64,000 nucleotides of DNA, taken from NCBI GenBank assembly GCA_038824665.1, contig JAWBBK010000001.1:320001-384000 (forward strand), written 5' to 3'. Below are positions 41,047-50,925 of the stretch, in pieces. The stretch comes from Acidilobaceae archaeon (GTDB taxonomy: Archaea > Thermoproteota > Thermoprotei_A > Sulfolobales > Acidilobaceae). The notes beneath the pieces are model-generated. The model made no database searches, had not been told where the DNA came from, and worked only from the letters and a program-made list of their open reading frames with translations. The position numbers were made by a program, and so were the translations under genes. Within the stretch, counting starts at the first letter, position 1. Each line of letters opens with the position of its first letter.

Positions 41047-42261
41047 TTATGATGAACACTTAAAGAGATCAGAGAGGTTCGTGAAGCCCGGAAGTCTGTT
41101 CTTCACGAACTCTTCGTATAGAGGTTTGCCTAAGAACATCGAATATATTTCGTTAGCTTTGACTACAGGATCGACGTCAGCAAATCTCTCCGGGTAGAGC
41201 ACTTTCCCCATCCAGTAAGCGTTCGCTAACGCTGTAGCTACGTTTGTGTGATAGTGATTATAAGGAAGTACTCCGAAGACTTTGTTCTCTTTAAACGCGA
41301 AAAGACTACAATAAGGTCTAGAGTCTTTCTTGAAATCGTTCAACACGATTGCTAAGTTGTTTTCATCAATGAATACGAGTTCAGGCTGTTTTTTGATTAT
41401 AAATTCGAAGTCTACACTCACAAAGCCTCCTCTACTAAGCTCGTCTACTATTGAGGGAGTGTTGAGAAGCACTAGAGGAACGAACTGACCTTGACTTGAA
41501 GTGAAAGGCTGAGATCCTCTATAAGAGACTGCACCTACATAGACGCTCGGTCTCTTCTCTATAGCTCCAGTTCTAGCTCTCAGGTCTAGAACCACGCGCT
41601 CAACATACATAATGAGTTCTAAAGCTCTCTCCTCTTTACCGAGAGCTTTACCTAAGATCGTGATCGCTCTCTTAAAGTCTTCTAACCTTAAGTATCCTGG
41701 CTCACCATAATCGATGACTATGACTTTAGCTCCTGTCTCTTGCTCGAGTCTATCTGGGTCTATGAACTGCATATACAGTTTGCTCATAACGATCACTTGA
41801 GGTCTTACTGAGACAAGAAGCTCAACGTTAGGAGGTCTTCCAGGTCCTCCAGGTCCTATCGTAGGAAGACCTTTAAGTATCTCATAATAAGCTAAAAGAT
41901 AGTCTCTCCCTGTAGGAGTTCCTGGAGTCCAGGTCTTCTCTATTTCTTCTACTCCTACCACTAGGTCTATAGCTCCAAGGTAGAGCACAAGTCTCAACGC
42001 GCCTGGACCTATAGCTGCTATTCTTGTGATATTTCTTGGAACTGAGACAGTTCTGCCTGCGAAATCTACTATCTCAACATAACTTTCTGATTGGCTTTCC
42101 TCTACTTCTGTTTTCTCTAACGCCTCCGTTTTCTCTAAGCTTTCCGAAGTTCCCATAGAGTCTCGGAAAAACGGACTCAATACATAAGCTGGAAGAGCGA
42201 TCAAGAAGATTACAACTACGCTTATCAAGAACGCGTTTATTAAAAGCCTCTGATAGCTCAT
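41047..42261 (-). CDS. Metal-chelate/cobalamin ABC substrate-binding protein
   Basis: N-terminal TM anchor; DFAGRTV.VP..I.RI, PNVE and YPERFAD motifs. Confidence 0.9.
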   Translation of the reverse strand: MSYQRLLINAFLISVVVIFLIALPAYVLSPFFRDSMGTSESLEKTEALEKTEVEESQSESYVEIVDFAGRTVSVPRNITRIAAIGPGALRLVLYLGAIDLVVGVEEIEKTWTPGTPTGRDYLLAYYEILKGLPTIGPGGPGRPPNVELLVSVRPQVIVMSKLYMQFIDPDRLEQETGAKVIVIDYGEPGYLRLEDFKRAITILGKALGKEERALELIMYVERVVLDLRARTGAIEKRPSVYVGAVSYRGSQPFTSSQGQFVPLVLLNTPSIVDELSRGGFVSVDFEFIIKKQPELVFIDENNLAIVLNDFKKDSRPYCSLFAFKENKVFGVLPYNHYHTNVATALANAYWMGKVLYPERFADVDPVVKANEIYSMFLGKPLYEEFVKNRLPGFTNLSDLFKCSS

Positions 42262-42266
42262 GAGTT

Positions 42267-42947
42267 CTACACCTCGAAGAGCTCGTCAACGCTTATGTTT
42301 AAAGTGATGCCTTTTCCAACAACTGCAGGAACTTTAACTCTAGCGCAACCAGGACATAGAGTCATTCCGCTCTTCTCTACAGCCTTGTTAGCCATAACGA
42401 GCTCTCCGCAAACACTACATCTAAAGCTCTTCACTATAGGAGCTCTTTCAGGTACTCTTTGTAACTTAACTCTTGTCACTTTGAAGTAGCTTTCCGAGAG
42501 GTCTGTCAGAGCTAGAGCCGCTTTCTTCCATAGTTCGTGAAACCTTTCGACCTCTTCTCTTGTAGCGCTTCTCTCTACGAGCACTTTGCGTCTAAGTTCT
42601 AGAGCTTCTTCAGGAACCAGTTCCGTGAGGCGTTCAGCATCAAAATAAACTCTTACAGCGTTACCTGATTCTCTTTTGGCTAGAGTAACCGCGTTTTTAC
42701 CTAAATCTAAATATATGAGCGAGTTGTTACCCAAAGTGCAACCTGTCTTGATTTGAACGCCGTCTGCGAAGCAGTTGTTAACCTCGACTATAGCCACTAC
42801 TTCTTCATAAATCGACTCGTAAGCTCCTAATCTACTTACGCCTAGCTTCTCCATAGCGATCTCAGCTGCTCTCATACCGATGACGAGGAAGGGACAGATA
42901 TGACCGTGAAACTCTTCAGCTCTTCTTAGGTCTTCTGAAGAAACCAC
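42267..42947 (-). CDS. FmdE/FwdE-family protein with C-terminal Zn ribbon
   Basis: FHGHICP, CFADGVQ..TGCTLG and CSVCGE...CPGC motifs. Confidence 0.92.
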   Translation of the reverse strand: MVSSEDLRRAEEFHGHICPFLVIGMRAAEIAMEKLGVSRLGAYESIYEEVVAIVEVNNCFADGVQIKTGCTLGNNSLIYLDLGKNAVTLAKRESGNAVRVYFDAERLTELVPEEALELRRKVLVERSATREEVERFHELWKKAALALTDLSESYFKVTRVKLQRVPERAPIVKSFRCSVCGELVMANKAVEKSGMTLCPGCARVKVPAVVGKGITLNISVDELFEV

Positions 42948-42951
42948 ATTA

Positions 42952-42993
42952 GTGCACCAGCTAGCTCAACATGTGCACCAAGGCTTTTATATC
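42952..42993 (-). promoter_or_regulatory. TATA plus tandem GTGCAC operator candidate for the fmdE-ABC operon
   Basis: GTGCACCA at 42952-42959 and 42973-42980, between the TATA (ATATAAAA) and the GTG start. Confidence 0.55.
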
Positions 42994-43061
42994 TTCAAAA
43001 CGACGCGATACGAAATCCTAGTTTATTATCTTCTCTATATCTATTTGACTGGGGACAGACT

Positions 43062-43703
43062 CTGAGGCTCGAAGAGAAGCTAAAGCTAATAGTGATAACC
43101 GATAAGAGGCTCAAGCCAGACGTAGTGAAGTCAGTCGAAGAAGCTCTCAAAGGAGGAGCCCCTTCGATACAGCTTAGACTCAAGGACTCGTCTACTATCG
43201 AGATGGTAGAGATAGGTAAAGAGGTCAGAAAGCTCACTAGAGAATACGGAGCTCTATACTTTGTCAATGACAGAGTAGACGTAGCTTTAGCGACAGATGC
43301 TGACGGAGTTCAGCTAGGAGCTGAAGACATGCCGATCGAGCTGGTCAGAGAGAAGATAGCTCCTCATCTGATCGTAGGAGCTTCAGTGCACAGCGTTGAA
43401 GAAGCGATAAGAGCTCAGAAAGAGAGAGCTCATTTCCTTGGAGCTGGTTCTGTCTACTTCACGTCTACAAAACCTGGAGCCAAGGTGATAGGTTTAGAAG
43501 GGCTCAGAGAGATAGTAAGATCAGTAAGTCTACCGGTAGTAGCGATAGGCGGCATCACTGCAGAAAAGGTTACTGAAGTGATAGAAGCTGGAGCAATAGG
43601 AGTTGCAGTAGTGTCAGCAGTTATGGGAGCACCTGACGTGAGGAAAGCTACGAGAGAACTTCTTGACGCTATAGAGAAGGCTTTGCTCAAGAGATATCGC
43701 TGA
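43062..43703 (+). CDS. thiE: Thiamine-phosphate synthase (start extended to CTG at 43062)
   Basis: QLRLK, VNDRVD, GASVHS, TSTK and VAIGGI motifs; LKLIVITD first strand begins upstream of the track start. Confidence 0.95.
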   Translation: MRLEEKLKLIVITDKRLKPDVVKSVEEALKGGAPSIQLRLKDSSTIEMVEIGKEVRKLTREYGALYFVNDRVDVALATDADGVQLGAEDMPIELVREKIAPHLIVGASVHSVEEAIRAQKERAHFLGAGSVYFTSTKPGAKVIGLEGLREIVRSVSLPVVAIGGITAEKVTEVIEAGAIGVAVVSAVMGAPDVRKATRELLDAIEKALLKRYR

Positions 43704-43795
43704 GCGGTTTCTAATCTCATAACTTAAAACTTCTTAGCTGTTTATAGCGTACGAACTTTTCATTCGATTAATCAGACTTTATGAAGACCTTTTCT

Positions 43796-44575
43796 CTAAA
43801 TCATCTCTTTCGGAACCTTCCCTGGCTCCACAGCTCTCAATGGTTTTAATCCAACGTTCTCAAGCTTTTTCTTAACGTGTGGATATAGGATCACGTACTC
43901 CCAGTCTACGTCTTTTAGACTTTCGTGAATTTCTTCGAGTCTCTTAACGAACTTCCTTATAGCCTCTTCTCTACTGAATCCTATCATCGCAGCTGCATAG
44001 ACCTCTCTTCCCGGTCTGAGACCAGCGTTGATCAGATTCTCTAACGCTTTGAACTGAAGCTCAAAAGCCTCAGGTCTAGCCCCTGTGAGCATTGCGAACT
44101 CCGAAGGCTCGACTCCCTTAAAAGAGACCCTCACGACTATGTTGGAAAACCTGACCACGTCTCTTGCATAGCTCTCGTCGTAGCCTATGAGTATACCGTT
44201 GGTTTCTATTATGAAAGTAGTATCGGGATGTTCTGAGAACAGCTTAAGAAGTTCAAGAAGATGAGTTCTACCTATAGTGGGCTCTCCTCCGCTAAGCCGT
44301 ACTTGAGAGAGTTCAGCCGATAGCTGAAGACTTCTGATCCTCTCAAAAGCCTTCTCTGGCGACAGGAAGAAGCCTCTTTCATAACAATTCTTGAATCTAG
44401 CGCTCCAACAGAAAACACAAGTCAGGTTACAACCCATAACGTCTCCAGTAGCTATCCCTCCATACCATTTGTCTTTTCTGAACCTGTAGTACATTCTGAG
44501 CGGAGAGTTCTTCTCTACACGAAACACCTTTCTCTCTACGAGTTCAGCTATCTCGATAGGGTCGTAACCTCTCAC
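43796..44575 (-). CDS. Radical SAM protein (COG5014-like)
   Basis: GCNLTCVFCW, SGGEP and ETNG motifs. Confidence 0.9.
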   Translation of the reverse strand: MRGYDPIEIAELVERKVFRVEKNSPLRMYYRFRKDKWYGGIATGDVMGCNLTCVFCWSARFKNCYERGFFLSPEKAFERIRSLQLSAELSQVRLSGGEPTIGRTHLLELLKLFSEHPDTTFIIETNGILIGYDESYARDVVRFSNIVVRVSFKGVEPSEFAMLTGARPEAFELQFKALENLINAGLRPGREVYAAAMIGFSREEAIRKFVKRLEEIHESLKDVDWEYVILYPHVKKKLENVGLKPLRAVEPGKVPKEMI

Positions 44576-44632
44576 TTACGAACTCCTGATTTAAATGTTA
44601 AGAAGCTAGACCTAATCTCAATGATTGAGACC

Positions 44633-46073
44633 TTATAGGTCTCCTAGCTCTTTTCTGTAAGCTTCTACTAGCTGAGCTCCCCATCCGTCTACGTCTTCTA
44701 GTCTGCCTAAGAAGAACCTAAGCACGGGAGGCTCGTAACGCCAGAACAGCCCTTTGACTAACTCTCTGTGTTCGTAAAGCCAGAGCAGTCTGTCTATGAG
44801 GTAATCCGCGTGAGACCTCAAGTAGGTCCTTCTGGGGAAGGCTGTTCTGATCAGCTCTAGGTCCGCATAGATCTCTCTTTCGTCCTTAGCTCTATCGAGA
44901 GACAAAGTGCCTCTTTCCATCGACCTTATCCCCGAGACTATATAGAGCGCTGCAGAGAGACTACCGGCAGGGTATTTGCTTCTAGGTAGATGATCTAGAA
45001 ACGCAGCAGCATCTACATGGACTCCTAGCCCTCCAGGAGGCAGGACTACTGGAACTCCTTTTCTGTTCAGCTCCTCAACCACATATCTTATCAGCTCGAC
45101 CTCTGAGCCTACGAGCTCTTCTTCTACCATCTCTCTTAAGCCTACAGCCATAGCTGCTACCTCTTTGACAGACATTCCGCCATAGGTTGGAAACCCTTCA
45201 TAAACCGGTACAAGCGTGTAGAGCTTCTCGTAAACATCGCGTCTGTTAGTAGCAATAAGTCCACCTCTTACTGATGGAGCCTTTCTAGCACTCATGTAGA
45301 AAACGTCTGCATAGCCTACGAACTCGCGCGTTATCTCCTTTAAGCTCTTCGAGCCGTAGCCAGGCTCTCTCTCCTTTATGAGATACGAGTTCCAATCTAT
45401 CATGCTACCGTCTATCACAAGCGGAACGCCATACTTATCGCAGAGCTCTCTTACCTCCTTTACGTTCTTCATAGAAACCGGCTGTCCTCCTAGAAGGTTC
45501 GCTACAGCTTCGACCCTTACGAAAGCTACTCTTTCTTTTTTCCTTTCTCAACGTTTCCTCAAGCTTAATCACATCTATGTTACCCTTGAATGGATAAGGG
45601 TTTCCTAGGATCAAATGCTTCTTTCACTGGGATCTCGATCATCTCTCCTCCAGCGAGTTCTACGTGAGCCTTAGTTGTAGTGAAGTGGTAATTAGTCACA
45701 ACGTAGCTACCGGGTTTCACGAAGAGTTTAGCGAGCAAGTGTTCAGCTGCTCTTCCTTGATGAACCTGTAAGACCATACAGAAACCCAGGACCTCTTCTA
45801 CAGCCTTTACGAGATCGTAAAACGAGTTGCTACCTGCATAAGCGTCTTGAGCTTCTATCATTGCAGCTAACTGTTTGGTGCTCATAGCGTTAACTCCGCT
45901 ATCTGTTAACATGTCTAGAAAACCTCGTCTGCTTTCAGCAAGAAAGTGTTCCATCCAGCTCTCTTTATAGCATTGAGTCTCTCCTTTACTGGTAGCAAGG
46001 AGATCTTCTCGAAAACTCTGACTCTAAATCCTTCTACTTTGAGGAAGCCGTCTCTTGACTTGACAACGATCAA
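44633..46073 (-). pseudogene. tnaA: Tryptophanase / tyrosine phenol-lyase family gene broken by three homopolymer frameshifts (pseudogene or assembly error)
   Basis: LDMLTDSG, HQGRAAE, HFTTT, PFKGNID, GGQPVSM, MSARK and YEGFPTYGG motifs spread over four segments in different frames. Confidence 0.82.
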
Positions 46074-46106
46074 GGTAAACCACACAAAAGAGTGAGCAAC
46101 TAACGC

Positions 46107-46925
46107 CTAAAAGGAGACCTTCTCGCAAACCTCTTGCCCCTGGTTACATCTAATCGCTAGTCTATAGACTCTAGACCTTCCGTTTCTTTCCTCTAGCACT
46201 ACTCCATATGATTTGAGAACCTCTAGATGCCACTCCAGCACCGCTCTGCTGATGTTCAGCTTTTGCTGGAGTTGTGAAAACGACATAGAGGATTCTCTAA
46301 GAGCCTCGATTATCGAAGCTCTGATGGGATGATCGAAGACCTCGCTTTCTTCGAGCTTTCCTCGCTTTCTTAGCTTGAGATATAAAGCCGCTAAGACCGC
46401 TGGGGTCTCTTGCACTTTTTCGACTACTTTGTTAAGAGTGTTTGTAGAACTCTTCAAGATCGCTAAAGTCACCGCCAAGACTCCAAGCGTCAGTAAAGGA
46501 GTCATAGAGAAGTCGTCAGCTTTTAAGCTTTCTGCAACTCTGAGCAAAGCTTTTTCGTCGTTTAGCTCACACCAAGCCCTAAGGTCTTCGGAGGAGACAG
46601 TTCTAGAAGACTGTAAAGTCAATAGATCTGAAGAGGCATAAACGTTTGTTCTTCCTTCTTCTACTAATTTCAAGAAGGCTTTTAAATTGGTTTCTTCAGG
46701 AGGATATGCGGTCAAAACGACCAGTCTAGCTTTCCGGAGGTCTAGAGTCTCGAGTTCTGAAGGATATACGATTACGCTCTCTACGAGCTTTCTTTCAGAA
46801 AGTTCTCTGGAGACCTCGAAGCTACATGAGTCTAAAGGGACTACGGTTAGAGCGTCTCTAGAGAGAGCTAGTTGCGACGCTAGCGCTATCGCTATAACTA
46901 AGATTAACACGACATATCTCTTCAA
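46107..46925 (-). CDS. Membrane-anchored ArsR-like winged-HTH transcription regulator
   Basis: Signal/TM, ~110-aa extracellular part, TM, then HPIRASIIEAL..SFSQL..LEWHLEVL..G wHTH. Confidence 0.78.
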   Translation of the reverse strand: MKRYVVLILVIAIALASQLALSRDALTVVPLDSCSFEVSRELSERKLVESVIVYPSELETLDLRKARLVVLTAYPPEETNLKAFLKLVEEGRTNVYASSDLLTLQSSRTVSSEDLRAWCELNDEKALLRVAESLKADDFSMTPLLTLGVLAVTLAILKSSTNTLNKVVEKVQETPAVLAALYLKLRKRGKLEESEVFDHPIRASIIEALRESSMSFSQLQQKLNISRAVLEWHLEVLKSYGVVLEERNGRSRVYRLAIRCNQGQEVCEKVSF

Positions 46926-47008
46926 GTCTTACATTCCTCTTACAACTTTAGGTTGTGAGGCTTAAAAAGAGAGCGTTAGAGAAAAACACGTTGCTGAGAG
47001 AAAGCGAA

Positions 47009-48109
47009 CTACGTTACGAACTTCCTAACTAGTGCGTAGTATAGAGATACTGTAAATATAGCTAAAGAGACTACTAAGAACAACAGGATCACTGCGATTG
47101 CTAGAGCGACCTGGCTAACGTTGAGATAGTAGTTGAAGAAGGAGCTTATCTCAACGCCTCCGCTATCTTGAACGACCATATAAGGATGTCTTGAAGCATC
47201 GTTAACGAACTCTCCCAAGACGGCCACGACTAAGGCTATAGGACCTAAGAGCTTAGCCGTTTCCGGTAAGGTGTTTGAATTCAAGCTCTCGTAGAGTTTT
47301 AAAGAGAGATATATCAGAACTAACACAAGAGCTAGTTTCAGGTAGAAGATAGGCGCTGTGAGACCTATTGTAACTCTTTCAGCTATGTAGCTTGCATTCC
47401 TAAACAAGACGAACCAGTAGAGAAAGCCCACTATAGGCTGAAGTAGCAGAAAGCCCACTGCATACGGTAGAGCTATCTTAGCGCCTTTCACATCTTTATC
47501 TATAGCGGAAACAGAGATCACCACAAAGCCTCCTACAGATATAGCTGCGAAGACTGTATGTACATAGAGCGCCCAGAACAGCGGATTGGTATAAGCTTGA
47601 AACGCTGATGGGTAACCTCCATTTATGAATTCCGTAATGGCATTAGGTGCCGTTATCTCAGCGAATATCGTTCTAAAGCCTAAGGGTACGAGAAATCCTG
47701 AGATAGCCATCACGAAACCTAAAACGCTGTGGTATCTAGGGTTGATCCTACCCCATGTATACCAAAACGCAGCTATTGACGGTATTCTGATCATTATGCC
47801 AGCAACGGCAATAGCTATAGGCATGAACAAAATGTTTGTCGTTAGAGCAACTAAAGAGGGGAAGAAACCAGCTAGTACAACGGTTATTACAGTCCCCCAA
47901 ACTCCTGAGATTAGTTCCGACACCGCTAAAAGTCTGAACGCTCTGCGACTGAAGAGTTCTAGCTCTGGGTCTCTCTTAGCATAGGCTAGGTATCTGTATA
48001 TAGCGGTTATCAGCCCTACGCCTAGAGTTACGGTAACGAACGCTATATGAACTAGTGTGGCCACACCTAGGATTATGAAGAACAGGTTCTCGTAGACCAC
48101 TGTTGTCAC
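47009..48109 (-). CDS. Cytochrome bd oxidase second subunit, CydA-like (CydA')
   Basis: CydA-type motifs VHIAFV, VHTVFAA and DASRHPY rather than CydB motifs. Confidence 0.82.
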   Translation of the reverse strand: MTTVVYENLFFIILGVATLVHIAFVTVTLGVGLITAIYRYLAYAKRDPELELFSRRAFRLLAVSELISGVWGTVITVVLAGFFPSLVALTTNILFMPIAIAVAGIMIRIPSIAAFWYTWGRINPRYHSVLGFVMAISGFLVPLGFRTIFAEITAPNAITEFINGGYPSAFQAYTNPLFWALYVHTVFAAISVGGFVVISVSAIDKDVKGAKIALPYAVGFLLLQPIVGFLYWFVLFRNASYIAERVTIGLTAPIFYLKLALVLVLIYLSLKLYESLNSNTLPETAKLLGPIALVVAVLGEFVNDASRHPYMVVQDSGGVEISSFFNYYLNVSQVALAIAVILLFLVVSLAIFTVSLYYALVRKFVT

Positions 48110-49722
48110 CTCGAAAGCTTCTCAAGAACTTTCTTTAAAGACTCCTCGATCTTATCGTAACGAGAGGCCACGAGAGCAATTATTGTGATTCCGCTTATGC
48201 TGATCACGATGATCATGATAGAAGCAAAAGCTAAGAACGGAGCGGAATAAGCGTAGTTCACTGTCGTCATTATTTCTTCTGGATACAACAAACCATAAAC
48301 TGTCCAGGGTTTCCTTCCAACCTCTCTGACATACCAACCTAAGCTAGCTGCCACAATAACGCCTAGAGCGACCAGAATTCCAAGAGTCAAGACTGTAGCT
48401 CTAGATCCAGCTCTGTTAGCTATAGACCTTGAGATACCTGAAAGAACAGGCACATCGTAAAGGATCCCTGTCATTAGTAGAGACGAGACTATAGCTATTC
48501 CTGCTCCGAGCAACTTCGTGTAATATGCGACGTTAACTATATTGATCAGCCTTTCAGCTTTTTCGAGGTCAGCTAGACAGACGTCTTTAGCTTTAGTTGT
48601 CAAAACAGCATCGATCTTACTTCCATCTAGCTCCAGCCCTATGTTTGTAGCTATGTTTTCTACATCTCTCTTGCTGATTCCAAGCTTTGTAGCCAGTTCT
48701 CCAAGAGTGATGTCTCCTAGAGCTTCGCACTTCTCTCTGAACTTATCGAATCCTTCAATTGGATGATTAGGATCTCCGTAAGCTATTATGCCGATTATTG
48801 GGTTATAGTATGTCTCTTTAGCTCTCTCCATCATTGCGAACTTAGTGGGATTGTATTCTACCACCATTGCGCCCATGTAATGAGCCGACACAGTAGCTTG
48901 TATTAAGAGCAACAACAGGATCGGAGCCATGAACGTAGCTATGATCTTAAGTTTTTTCTCATCTCCGGTCTTGTAATATCTGTAAGCCCAGACAGCAAGC
49001 GCTATCGAAGAGCCTACTAAGACAGCAGCGATCAAGTTATGTATTATAGAGGCCCAGGCATAAGGGCTCTTGAATGCCACATAGGGGTCCTCTATCAGGA
49101 GGCCTATCTTTTCAGCTACCTCCGGTCTCTGAATGATCTCTTGAAGAGGTTTATCTGATGCAAGCAGAAGGACTTTAACTATCAGTAGCTTGCCGAGGTC
49201 TATAGATTCCGGTCCATATTCAGGCATAAAGGGATATATGACACTAGCGAGTCCTCCTGTACCCCATGGAGCTATCAGCCACGAGTTGACGCCAGTTATC
49301 AGTGCTCCAGAGAGCAAAGCAAAAGCCCAGTAGGCTAAGATTATCGCTATGCTCTTTCTTGTGCTTATTCTGCCTAGAGTGACTACAAAGAGGATCAAGA
49401 AAGCTATCTCCATAACGAAAGCTATCAGCTCGAGAGCAAGAGGAGCTAAAGCGCTAGTGGCTATAGCTATTATAGTCCCTGGCCATATCTGAATGAGACC
49501 GAACTCCACCAGAGTACCGGTTACAGCTCCTAGAGCAAAGTTTACAGCTAGAACAGCTGTAGCGATCTTGACAGCCTTGAAGTAGGTCTCGTCTCCTGTT
49601 TTAGAGTACTTGTAAAGCAAGAACGCTACAACTAGGGGGAGACCTAGCGTTATGCTAACAAAGAACCCGTGAACGTATATTCCTAGAGCAGACAGCTTGA
49701 GTAAAGAATCCACTTGAGACAC
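48106..49722 (-). CDS. cydA: Cytochrome bd quinol oxidase subunit I
   Basis: HGFFV, NFALGAVTG..EF, IHN, PTKFAMME and GWYVREVGRKPW motifs. Confidence 0.95.
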   Translation of the reverse strand: MSQVDSLLKLSALGIYVHGFFVSITLGLPLVVAFLLYKYSKTGDETYFKAVKIATAVLAVNFALGAVTGTLVEFGLIQIWPGTIIAIATSALAPLALELIAFVMEIAFLILFVVTLGRISTRKSIAIILAYWAFALLSGALITGVNSWLIAPWGTGGLASVIYPFMPEYGPESIDLGKLLIVKVLLLASDKPLQEIIQRPEVAEKIGLLIEDPYVAFKSPYAWASIIHNLIAAVLVGSSIALAVWAYRYYKTGDEKKLKIIATFMAPILLLLLIQATVSAHYMGAMVVEYNPTKFAMMERAKETYYNPIIGIIAYGDPNHPIEGFDKFREKCEALGDITLGELATKLGISKRDVENIATNIGLELDGSKIDAVLTTKAKDVCLADLEKAERLINIVNVAYYTKLLGAGIAIVSSLLMTGILYDVPVLSGISRSIANRAGSRATVLTLGILVALGVIVAASLGWYVREVGRKPWTVYGLLYPEEIMTTVNYAYSAPFLAFASIMIIVISISGITIIALVASRYDKIEESLKKVLEKLSR

Positions 49723-49816
49723 AGTTTCACCCTAAGGGATTTACATCAGCAGTTCGAAAATGTTTCGGAAAGAAATAAGTTTTTCTTATGACTAGAACAA
49801 ATTCTTCCTGAAGACA

Positions 49817-50344
49817 CTATGAAGAATAGAAACCTACTCTGAAGGACTCAAAGCCTACGTTCATAGCTTTGATTTTGAGAGTCAGATCCACTGTTGAAAC
49901 TCCTTTATCGAAAACTAGATGCTTAGTGCTTCCGCTAGCTAGCGGGAGTTCTATACTCCATTCTGAACTAGCTATGATCAAGCTGGCGACCGATCTCTCT
50001 ATCCCGTCTTCTATGTAAACGGTTATGACTACAGGCCTCTGAGCGCTTACGTAGAGCTTCCCTATATTGATAACGTAATAGCCTGGAACAAGCGTCGCTT
50101 TCAGCTTTAAGCTTTCGTAAAGTGTGTTGTTTCCACATTCTATAGTTCTTCCAACTTCTATCTCGATCCCTGGAAGACCATAAGTAGGTGCGAACATCAG
50201 ACCGAAACAAACTTCTCTTACAGTCTCTTCTCTTATAGTGCCCACAACGCTCTCTAGCTTATAGGCGTACGCTAGAGAGTTAGATATGCTTGAAGCCATG
50301 AAGGCTAGTAGCAATAGCATAATTAAAGCTAGAACTCTTTTCAT
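49817..50344 (-). CDS. Hypothetical exported beta-rich protein
   Basis: Signal peptide; SD AGGAG. Confidence 0.7.
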   Translation of the reverse strand: MKRVLALIMLLLLAFMASSISNSLAYAYKLESVVGTIREETVREVCFGLMFAPTYGLPGIEIEVGRTIECGNNTLYESLKLKATLVPGYYVINIGKLYVSAQRPVVITVYIEDGIERSVASLIIASSEWSIELPLASGSTKHLVFDKGVSTVDLTLKIKAMNVGFESFRVGFYSS

Positions 50345-50412
50345 TTAAAACTCCTATAGCTAGTTCTATGAAAGAAATAGTTTTAAGTGTTATAGTCTAA
50401 ACTAAAAAGGTT

Positions 50413-50925
50413 TTATCGTTCAGTTATGCCTAGCGCTCTAGCTACAAGAGGTACTAGAACTAGAGCTCCTATGCTCATCGGTATGAGCGTTTCACCAGTG
50501 AGGAGCACAGCGAGCTTGAGAGGGTCTCCAGCCTTAGCTATCGTACCGAGAAGCACGATCCCTATGTATATCCCAACGACAATCGAATCAATTAAGGCAA
50601 CGACTGGTAGGAGGACTCTTCGATAGCCAAAGAGCTTAAAAAGACCATAGTTTATGATGCAGTAAGTAAAAGTGCACGCAGTCCCTATCACGACATCCCA
50701 AAATCCATAAGGTGAAAAGAAATTGGCTAAGAACGTTCCTAAGGTGAGTCCTGCCACTCCAGGTAGTCCTAAGATGTAACTGAGAGGAGAGAGAATGTCT
50801 GACATCCTTACTTGGATAGGTCCATAGCTTATGGGGTGAAGTGCTACCGTCAAAACAAAGTAAACAATAGCCAAAGTTCCAATGATGATCTCTTGTGCCG
50901 ATACTGGGAATCTTTTATTCATCAA
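50413..50925 (-). CDS. queT: QueT-family ECF S-component (7-deazaguanine precursor transporter)
   Basis: PISYGPIQVR.SD and GLTLG.FLANFFSPYG.WD motifs. Confidence 0.85.
   Translation of the reverse strand: MMNKRFPVSAQEIIIGTLAIVYFVLTVALHPISYGPIQVRMSDILSPLSYILGLPGVAGLTLGTFLANFFSPYGFWDVVIGTACTFTYCIINYGLFKLFGYRRVLLPVVALIDSIVVGIYIGIVLLGTIAKAGDPLKLAVLLTGETLIPMSIGALVLVPLVARALGITER

Noticed and set aside
42104-42143. Short tandem repeat encoding LEKTEA-LEKTEV
   Set aside because: Ordinary low-complexity linker in a substrate-binding protein
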